Positions 51,356 through 61,500 of a DNA stretch of 64,000 bases are shown in pieces; the first letter of the stretch is position 1; each line of letters opens with the position of its first letter. The stretch covers positions 2,976,001 through 3,040,000 of the forward strand of contig JASTWF010000035.1 of assembly GCA_030390025.1 (NCBI GenBank), written 5' to 3'. The notes under the pieces are model-generated. The model did not search any database and was not told the origin of the DNA. It saw nothing but the letters and a program-made list of their open reading frames with translations. The translations under genes and the position numbers were made by a program. This DNA is from Squalus acanthias. Taxonomy: Eukaryota.

Positions 51356-53738
51356 ACACCTTGAGTACTGCGTACAGTTTTGGTCTCCTTATTTAAGGAA
51401 GGATATACTTGCATTGGAGGCAGTTCAGATACGATTCACTAGGTTAATTCCTGAGATGAGGGGTTTGACTTGTGAGGAAAGGTTGAGCAGGCTGGGCCTA
51501 TACTCATTGGAATTTAGAAGAATGAGAGGTGATCTTATCGAAACATATAAGATACTGAGGGGGCTCGACAGGGTAGATGCAGAGAGGATGTTTCCCCTCA
51601 TGGGGAAATCTAGAACTCGGGGGCATAGTTTCAGAATAAAGGGTCGCCCTTTTAGAACTGAGATGAGGAGGAATTTCTTCTCTCAGAGGGTCGTAAATTT
51701 GTGGAATTCTCTGCCCCAGAGAGCTGTGGAGGCTGGGTCATTAAATACATTTAAAGTGGAGATAGACAGATTTTTGCAAGATAAGGGAGTGAAGGGTTAT
51801 GGGGAGTGGGCAGGGAAGTGGCTTTGAGCCCAAGATCAGCCATGATCTTATTGAATGGCAGAGCAGGCTCAAGGGGCCAAGTGGCCTATTCCTGCTCCTA
51901 TGTCTTATGTTCTTATGTATACAAGATAGTTTTCTAGATCAGTATGTTGAGGAACCAACTAGGGAACAGACTATTTTAGATCTAGTATTGTGCAATGAGA
52001 AAGGGTTAATTAATAACCTTGTAGTAAAGGGGCCTTTAGGGAAGAGTGACCATAATATCATAGAATTTTATATTGAGTTTGAAAGTGATTTAGTTAAATC
52101 CAAAACTAGGGTCTTAAATCTAAACAAAGCAAACTATGTAGGTATGAGGGGCGAGTTGGCTACGGTAGATTGGGAAACTATATTAAAAGGTATAATGGTA
52201 AACAAGCAATGGCTAGCATTTAAAGAATTAATATATAATTTACAACAAATATACATTCCTTTGAGGCACAAAAATCCCTCAGGAAAAGTGGTTCAACTGT
52301 GACTAACAAGAGAAGTTAAAGATAGTATTAGATCAAAGGAAGAGGCTTATAATGTTGCCAAAGAGTATTAAGCCTAAGGATTGGGAGGATTTTAGAATTC
52401 TGCAAAGGAGGACCAAGAAATTGATAAAGAAAGCGAAAAAAGAATATGAGTAAATTACCAAGAGACATAAAAACAGATTGTAAATGTTTCTACAGGTATG
52501 TAAATAGGAAGAGATTAGTGAAAGTAACCGTGGGCCCATTAGAGGCAGAGACAGGGGAAATTATAATGGGCAATAAGGAAATGGCAGAGACATTAAACAA
52601 ATATTTTGTATCTGTCTTCACAGTAGAAGACACAAAAAACATTCCGGAAATAATGGGGAACCAAGGGTCTAGAGAGACTGAGGAACTTAAACAAATCAGT
52701 ATAAGTAAAGATATAGTACTGGAGAAATTAATGGGACTAAGTGGCGACAAATCCCCTGGACCTGACGACCTGCATCCTAGGGTTTTAAAAGAGGGAGCTG
52801 CAGAGATAGTGGATGCACTGGTATTAATCTTCCAGAATTCCCTAGATTCTAGAATAGTCCCCAAGGATTGGAAGGTAGCAAACATAACCCCACTATTTAA
52901 GAAAGGAGGAAGAGAAAAAACAGGGAACTATAGGCCAGTTAGACTGACATCAGTATTAGGCAAAATGCTAGAATCTATTATTAGGGAAGTAGTAACAGGG
53001 CACTTAGAAAATCATAATATGATTAGGCAGAGTCAATATAGTTTTATGAAAGGGAAATCGTGTTTGACAAATCTGTTGAGTTTTTTGAATAGTGTAACCA
53101 GTAGGATAGATAAGAGGGAACCAGTGGATGTAGTGTATTTGGATTTTCAAAAAGCATTTGATAAGGTGCCACACAAGAGGTTATTACACAAAATTAGGAC
53201 TCATGGGATTGGGGGTAATATATTAGCATGGATTGAGAATTGGTTAATGGGCAGAAAACAGAGAGTAGGAATAAACGGGTCATTTTCGGGTTGGCAGGCT
53301 GTAACTAGTGGAGTACCGCAAGGATCAGTGCTTGGGCCTCAGCTATTCACAATCTATATTAATGACTTAGATGAAGGGACTGAGTGTAACGTATCCAAAT
53401 TTGCTGATGATACAAAGTTAGGTGGGAAAGTAAGCTGTGAGGAGGACGCAAAGAGGCTGCAGAGAGATATAGACAGGTTGACTGAGTGGGCAAGAACATG
53501 GCAAATGGAATACAATGTGGGGAAGTGTGAAGTTATCCACTTTGGTAAGAAAAACTAAAAAGCAGAATATTTTTTGAAAGGTGAGAGACTGGGAAATGTT
53601 TGCATTCAGAGGGACCTGGTGTCCTTGTACATGAATCACAGAAAATTAACATGCAGGTACAGCAAGCAATTAGGAAAGCAAATGGAATGTTCGATTTTGT
53701 TACAAAGGGATTAGAGTATAAGAGTAAAGAAGTCTTAT

Positions 53739-56287
53739 TAGTCTTGTTCAGTGTCTTGTTCAGCGCCATTCGTAACTCCTCAGATAATGAAGCAGTCCAT
53801 GCCCGCATGCAACAAGACCTGGATGACATTCAGGCTTGGGCTGATAAGTGGCAAGTAACATTCGTGCCACACAAGTGCCAGGCAATGACCATCTCCAACA
53901 AGCGAGAGTCTAACCACCGCCCCTTGACATTCAACGGCATTACCATTGTCGAATCCCCCACCATCAACATCCTGGGGGTCACCGTTGACCAGAAACTTAA
54001 CTGGATCAGACACATAAATACTGTGGCTACAAGAGCAGGTCAGAGGCTGGGTATTCTGCAGCGAGTGTCTCACCTCCTGACTCCCCAAAGCCTTTCCACC
54101 ATCTACAAGGCACAAGTAAGGAGTGTGATGGAATACTCTCCACTTGCCTGGATGAGTGCAGCTCCAACAACACTCAAGAAGCTCGACACCATCCAGGACA
54201 AAGCAGCCCGCTTGATTGGAACCCCATCCACCACCTTAAACATTCACTCCCTCCACCACCGGCGCACCGTGGCTGCAGTGTGTATCATCTACAAGATGCA
54301 CTGCAGCAACTTGTCAAGGCTGTAGAATTCGCAAAATTATCGCGATTTTATAAAATAAGAAGGAGACATAAAGTTTCGTACAAACAGCTTTATTTCAGCA
54401 GAATGCTGTCAGGTTTCAAAACGGACACAAACAGCCTGTAAAATGGCCGCCACGCCTCGTGGCAGAAAGTTCTAGACTTTCAGTGGGCAGACAAGATGGC
54501 GTTCCAATAAACATTTGTGCAAGATCGTACAGGACTCAGCACATTTGAGATAATTGACAAGACATGATGGGTTTGCATTTTAAACATAAATACTGGAATC
54601 GGTCTCCCAGGTGCGAATAAGGGCTATTGTACTGAGCGATCAAGGACCCATCCAAAGACATTAATATGCAAAATCCCCACGGCTCTACGATGAGAGAGCC
54701 GTTTGCGGGTACTTACAGCAAGCATTTGGAAGCCCCAAAACCCCTCCAGGGAGACTACTAGCCGGTTCCACAATGGGAGAAATATTAACGGGTGCTCAGA
54801 CAGTTACAAGTGTCACCGAAACCCATTAAAGACTGAGATCACCCCATACAAGAAGTTTGAGCGCCAAAACCCTGACAAAAGAAAGACATTGAGATTGGGC
54901 GGGAAAAGAGGAATTACAGCACTATAACTGTAAGGTACAACCGTCCATCTCTCTCTTGCTGCTTTGACTCGCTGGAAGGCTGCTGAACTTTTATTCTCTT
55001 GCCTGACGGCTCTGGACTCTGATCCGCTAGGATCAACCTCGTGGCTTGCCGCGAAGATCTGTGGAGAACTGGGCTGTGAGGCCTGGAAGCGGGCGCACCA
55101 TCCCGAGAAGTCGGTAAACGGTGTTGGCACCGAAGGCCCGAGAGGAGATGAGATGAGATGAGATGAGATGAGAAGAGAAGAAGACGACAATACGCATCGC
55201 CACGGTCAGTAAGCCCCGACCGCGCCTGTAAGTCGAATAAACACTTCTTTGAATTTTATCGGCTACTCCACAACTGGCCTAGGAAGACCCTTCTTTGAGT
55301 TCTACAGGCAACTGGTGTAGGGCACAGGAAGACTCTTTTTCGAGTGGTGTCCGAACTCCGAGGGCAACACAGATCTTCATGACAGCAGACGGTCCAGCCT
55401 GCGAGCCGGAGCAGAAACGAGTAAACAAGTGGGGTACAGAGACCCCTGATCAACACGTGGATAGTCAGGTGCTGCGGTAAAACATCCGAGCAGAGTTTCG
55501 GAATTCTCCGAGTTATCACGAGTGGTGAGCATGTGTCTCGATCCTACAAATCTAGATTAGGACAGGTATTGATAGGGGAGGGTTTAAGTTTTAAGGATAA
55601 TTATAATGTGTGTCCCCTTTTACGATGTGTCGTGCGCTCCTCATTTCCCTAAAATTAGTTTCATAACTGTGTGTGAGATTGTACTGTCATTAATCTGTGC
55701 TTATGACATGTATCTCGTAATCTTGAATAATATGCAATAAAGATTTTCCATTTCGCACTATTCAACCGGGTCTACCTGAGTCTTTCTCTGCATTATTGCT
55801 CTCGCACCTAAGTCCAGTGTCAGAACCGTAAGGGCGAGTGGGTCGAACCACTCACAGGTGTCTAGTGTTATCAGGCTGGCTGGAGACCAGAACAGGCAAC
55901 AAGGCCTAACCCCGCACTAGCACCCAGGCTAAGCACAGAGCCGCAGGTCACCCCTTACAAGGCTTCTTCGGCAGCACCTCCCAAACCCGTGACCTCTTCC
56001 ACCTAGAAGGACAAGGGCAGCAGGCGCATGGGAACACCACCACCTCCAAGTTCCCCTCCAAGTCACACACCATTCTGACTTGGAAGTATATCGCCGATCC
56101 TTCATCGTCGCTGGGTCAAAATCCTGGAACTCCCTCCCTAACAGCACTGTGGGAGTACCTTCACCACACGGACTGCAGCGGTTCAAGAAGGCGGCTCACC
56201 ATCACCTTCTCAAGGGCAACTAGGGATGGGCAATAAATGCTGGCCTTGCCAGCGACGCCCACATCCCATGAACGAATAAAAAAAAAA
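53739..56287 (+). mobile_element. Second-family LINE 3' part with A-rich tail, interrupted by a solo LTR
   Basis: QQDLDDIQAWADKWQ..IYKAQVRSVMEY..HRRTVAAVC; sequence resumes at 55960; ends GAATAAAAAAAAAA. Confidence 0.87.
54321..55959 (+). mobile_element. Long solo LTR (1639 bp)
   Basis: TGTAG...CCCCTTACA termini and 4-bp TSD AGGC (54317-54320 / 55960-55963). TATA-like site at about 54923; AATAAA at about 55236 and 55736. Confidence 0.82.
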
Positions 56288-56673
56288 TTATACAGGGCAT
56301 TGGTGAGGCCAGACCTGGAGTACTGTGTTCAGTTCTGGTCTCCTTACCTAAGGAAGGATATACTTGCCTTAGAGGGAGTGCAGCGAAGGTTCACTAGACT
56401 GGTTCCTGGGATGAGGGGATTGTCCTGTGAAGAGAGATTGAGTAAACTAGGCCTATGTTCGTTAGAGTTTAGAAAAATGAGAGGTGATCGAATTGAAACA
56501 TATAAAATTCTCAAGGGGACAGGGTTAATGTTGAGAAAATGTTTCCCCGACTGGGGAATCTAGAACACGGGGTCACAGTCACAGAATAAAGGATAGGCCA
56601 TTTAGGACTGAGCTGAGGAGAAATTTCTTCACTCAAAGAGTTGTCAATCTTTGGAATTCTCTACAGGAAGAGG

Positions 56674-57066
56674 CTATTCAGCCCCTCGAGCCTGTTACAC
56701 AGGAACAGGAGGAGGCCATTCAGCCCCTCGAGCCTGTTACACGGGAACAGGAGGAGGCCATTCAGCCCCTCGAGCCTGTTACATTAGGAACAGGAGGAGG
56801 CCATTCAGCCCCTCGAGCCTATTACACAGGAACAGGAGGAACAGGAGGAGGCCATTCAGCCCCTCGAGCCTGTTACACGGGAACAGGAGGAGGCCATTCA
56901 GCCCCTCGAGCCTGTTACACAGGAACAGGAGGAGGCCATTCAGCCCCTCGAGCCTGTTACACAGGAACAGGAGGAGGCCATTCAGCCCCTCGAGCCTGTT
57001 ACACAGGAACAGGAGGAGGCCATTCAGCCCCTCGAGCCTGTTACACAGGAACAGGAGGAGGCCGTT
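56674..57066. repeat. 42-bp satellite, first block (about 9 copies)
   Basis: Unit ACACAGGAACAGGAGGAGGCCATTCAGCCCCTCGAGCCTGTT. Confidence 0.95.
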
Positions 57067-57078
57067 CATAGAGTCATA

Positions 57079-57822
57079 GGGCTGGATTTTGATACTGGGG
57101 CGGGTTGGGGTTGTGTTATCCACCCGACTGCAATTGGATGTGGGAGATTGATGCAATTTTCACTTAATTGGGCAATTGAGTTCCAGCATGTGGGAACCCA
57201 TGACCCAATTAGTGGTTTCAGTCTGAAAGTCGCCTCTGATGATGTCATCATTGTTGCTGCATTGCAGGTCAGAGACTGACTGCCTGGTCTCAGAGACTGC
57301 CTGGCTGTTGGTGAGAGAGGACCTGGATGCAAAATGAGCAGCATCTGAGAGAGAGACAGAGAGAGAGAAAGAGAGTTTTTGCATCCAGGTCCTCTCACAG
57401 CAAAGGCCAGGCAGTCTCTGAAGACATTCAATGCAGCAGCATCAGAAGCGACTTTCAGACCTAATACTACTACTACCTCCATCACATCTCCGTTGTAATA
57501 GTGGACCTGCAGCTGATAGTCAGCTATCCACTTGTGCTCCCACCAGGTTTCACTGGCGTGTTTCATATCAGGCGTGCTTCACGTGGGAAAAGGGTTAAAC
57601 TAGCTAAAACGTTTCAAAATGGCATTACAGAGCCAATTTAGGGCTTGTTAAGGGCTTTAATGGCCTCTCCCGCCTCTTGGAGGCGGGACGGAGACGGGAC
57701 CAGCAGACACGATTTCATCAAAATTGCATGGAGGCGGGATCGGGTCCGCCCGCCACTTTTCGCAAATTTAACCCCCCACACGCCTCCAAACCCGTCTCCA
57801 CGGGTCTATGAAAATCCAGCCC
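57079..57822. mobile_element. MITE-like non-autonomous DNA transposon (PIF/Harbinger-like ends)
   Basis: TIRs GGGCTGGATTTT / AAAATCCAGCCC with a 3-bp TSD ATA, inserted in a CR1 tail. Confidence 0.75.
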
Positions 57823-58580
57823 ATAGAGTCATAACGGCACAGAAGGAGGCCATTCGGCCCATCGAGTCCGTGCCAGCTCTCTGTAGAGCAATCCAGCCAG
57901 TCCCATTCCCCCGCTCTATCCCCGTAGCCCTGTAAGTTTATTTCCCTCAAGTGCCTATCCAGTCTCCCCTTGAAAACATTGAGTGTCTCCGCTTTCACCA
58001 CTTTTGTCGGCAGCGAGTTCCAGGTCCTCACCACTTGCTGCGTAAAAAAGTTTTTCCTCACATCCCCCCTGTATCTCTTGCCCAAAAACTTAAATCTGTG
58101 TCCCCTAGTCCTTGGTCCATCAACTAGTGGGAACAGCCTTTCCCCATCTAGCCTATCCAAACCCGTCATAATCCTGCACACCTCTATCAAATCACCCCTC
58201 AACCTCCTTTGCTCTAATGAAAACAAATCCAGCTTCTCCAACCTGTCCTTGTAGCTAAGATCCCCCATCCCCGGACTATTCTGGTAAATCTCCTCTGCAC
58301 CCTCTCAAGGGCCTTCACATCCTTCCTAAAGTGTGGTAACCAGAACTGGACGCAATACTCCAGTTGTGGCCTAATCAGCACTTTATAAAGATTCAACATA
58401 ACTTCTCTACTTTTGTACTCAATACCTCTATTTATGAAGCCCAAGATCCCATATGCTTTGCTAACCACTCTCTCAATATGTCCTGCCACCTTCAGGGATC
58501 TATGGACATTAACTCCCAGGTCCCTCTGTCCCTGCACACTCTTTAAAACTGTGCCATTAAGTGTATATTGCCTCTCCCTG
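57823..58580 (-). mobile_element. 5'-truncated CR1
   Basis: RT C-terminus in ORFs 57768-58268 and part of 58214-58918. Confidence 0.9.
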
Positions 58581-61500
58581 TTCAGCCCCTCAAGCCCATT
58601 ATAAAGGAAGAGGAGGCGGCCATTCAGCCCATCGAGCCTGTTACACGGGAACAGGAGGAGTCCATTCAGACCCTGGAGCCTGTTACACAGGAACAGGAGG
58701 AGGCCATTCAGCCCCTCGAGCCTGTTACACAGGAACAGGAGGAGGCCATTCAGCCCCTCGAGCCTGTTACACAGGAACAGGAGGAAGCCATTCAGCCCCT
58801 CGAGCCTGTTACACAGGAACAGGAGGAGGTCATTCAGCCCATCGAGCCTGTTACATAGGAACTGGAGGAGGCCATTCAGCCCCTCGAGCCTGTTATACAG
58901 GAACAGGAGGAGGCCCATTCAGCCCCTCGAGCCTCTTACACAGGAACAGGAGGAGGCTATTCAGCCCCTCAAGCTGTTGAACAGAAACAGGAGGAGGCCG
59001 TTCAGCCCCCCTCGAGCCTGTAAAGAGGAACAGGAGGAGGCCATTCAGCCGCCCTCGAGCCTGTACACAGGAACAGGAGGAGGCCATTCAGCCCCTCGAG
59101 TATGTTACACAGGAACTGGAGGAGGCCATTCAGCCCTTTGAGCCTCTTACACAGGAACAGGAGGAGACCATTCAGACCCTCGAGCCTGTTACACAGGAAC
59201 AGGAGGAGGCCATTCAGCCCCTCGAGCCTGTTACACAGGAACAGGAGGAAACCATTCAGCCCCTGAAGCTGTTACACAGGAACAGGAGGAGCCCATTCAG
59301 CCAATCGAGCCTGTTGCACAGGAACAGGAGGAGGCCATTCAGTCCCTTGAGCCTGTTACACAGGAACAGGAGGAAGCCATTCAGCCCGTCAAGCCTGTTA
59401 TCCGGGAACAGGAGCCCATTCAGCCCCTCGAGCCTGTTGCACAGGAACAGGAGGTGGCCAATCAGCTCCTCGAGCCTGTTACACAGGAACAGAAGGAGGC
59501 CAATCAGCTCCTCGAGCCTGTAACACATGAACAGGAGGAGGCCAATCAGCTCCTCGAGCCAGTTACACAGGAACAGGAGGAGCCCATTCAGCCCCTCGAG
59601 TCTGTTACACAGGAACTGGAGGTGGCCAATCAGCTCCTCGAGTCTGTTACACAGGAACAGAAGGAGGCCAATCAGCTCCTCGAGCCTGTAACACATGAAC
59701 AGGAGGAGGCCAATCAGCTCCTCGAGCCAGTTACACAGGAACAGGAGGAGGCCATTCAGCCCCTGGAGCCTGTTACACATGAACAGGAGGAGGCCATTCA
59801 GCCCATCGAGTATGTTACACAGGAACAGGAGGAGGCCATTCAGCCCATCGAGTATGTTACACAGGAACAGGAGGAGGCCAATCAGCCCCTCGAGCCTGTT
59901 ACACAGGAACAGGAGGAGGCCATTCAGCCCATCGAGTATGTTACACAGGAACAGGAGGAGGCCATTCAGCCCTTCGAGCCTGTTACACAGGAACAGGAAG
60001 AGGCCATTCAGCCCCTCGAGCCTGTTACACAGTAACATGAGGAGGCCATTCAGCCCCTCGAGCCTGTTACACAGGAACAGGAGGAGGCCATTCAGCCCCT
60101 CGAGCCTGTTACACAGTAACATGAGGAGGCCATTCAGCCCCTCGAGCCTGTTACACGGGAACAGGAGGAGGCCATTCAGCCCCTCAAGCCTGTTACACAG
60201 GAACATCAGGAGTTCATTCAGCCTGTCGAGCCTGTTGCACAGGAACAGGAGGAGGCCATTCAACCCCTCGAGCCTGTTCCACAGGAACAGGAGGAGGCCA
60301 TTCAGCCCCTCGAGCCTGTTACACAGGAACAGGAGGAGACCATTCAGACCCTCGAGCATGTTACACGGGTACAGGAGGAGCCCATTCAGCCCCTCGAGCC
60401 TGTTACACAGGAACAGGAGGAGACCATTCAGCCCCTCGAGAATGTTACACAGGAACAGGAGGAGGCCATTCAGCCCCTCGAGCCTGTTACACAGGAACAG
60501 GAGGAGCCCATTCAGCCCCTCGAGCCTGTTACACAGGAACAGGTAAAGGCCATTCAGCCCTTCGAGCCTGTGACACAGGATCAGGAGCCCATTCAGCCCC
60601 TCGTGACTTTTACACACGAACAGGAGGAGGCCAATCAGCCCCTCGAGCCTGTTACACAGGATCAGGAGCCCATTCAGCCCCTCGTGACTGTTACACACGA
60701 ACAGGAGGAGGCCATTCAGCCCTTCGAGGCTGTTACACAGGATCAGGAGCCCATTCAGCCCCTCGGGCCTGTTACACAGGAACAGGAGGAGGACATTCAG
60801 CCCCTTGAGCCTGTTACACAGGAACAGGAGGAGGACATTCAGCCCCTCGAGCCTGTTATCCGGGAACAGGAGGAGGCCATTCAGCCCCTCGAGCCTGTTA
60901 CACAGGAACTGGAGGAGGCCAATCAGCCCCTCGAGCCTGTTGACCAGGAGTAGGCCATTCAGCCCCTCAAGCTGTTACACAGGAACAGGAGGAGCCCATT
61001 CAGCCCCACGAGCCCGTTACACAGGAACAGGAGGAGCCCATTCAGCCCCACGAGCCTGTTACACAGGAACAGGAGGAGACCATTCAGCCCCTCAAACTGT
61101 TCTACAGGAACAGGAGGAGGCCATTCAGCCGCTCGAGTCTGTTACACAGGAATAGGAGGAGGCCAATCAGCCCCATGAGCCTATTACACAGGAACAGAGG
61201 AGGCCAATCAGCCCATCGAGTCTGTTACACAGGAACATGAGGAGACCATTCAGACCCTCGAGCATGTTATACAGGAACAGGAGGAGACAATTCAGCCCTC
61301 GAGCCTGTTCCACAGGAAAAGGAGGAGGCCATTCAGCCCCTCGAGTCTGTTACACAGGAACAGGAGGAGGCTATTCAGCCCCTCGAGCCTCTTACACAGG
61401 AACAGGAGGTGCACATTGAGCCCCTCGAGTCTGTTACAAAGGAACAGGAGGAGACCATTCAGCCCCTCGAGCTTGTTACACAGGAACAGGAGGAGGTCAA

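Larger units (their letters stand above)
45460..51914 (+). mobile_element. Full-length CR1 LINE with tandem-repeat 5' end, ORF1 (Cys motif, coiled coil, SGNH esterase; about 46795-47749) and ORF2 (EN+RT; about 47794-51827), inactivated
   Basis: TSD ATGTAT (45454-45459 / 51915-51920). Motifs HICSKC, VHVGTND, ITETW, MGDFN, SDH and PQGSVLGP. Several stops and frameshifts. Confidence 0.9.
44960..56673 (+). mobile_element. Host CR1 ORF2 (pieces 44960-45459, 51915-53738, 56288-56673) with multiple nested insertions
   Basis: The endonuclease reads ..EDEFMECI|QDSFLDQYVEEPT across the first insertion, and the RT continues colinearly. Confidence 0.85.

Noticed and set aside
55820..55860. B-box-like hairpin in the long LTR as a Pol III miRNA cassette
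   Set aside because: Only a short hairpin (GAGTGG..CCACTC) with no clear A box or terminator; insufficient support.
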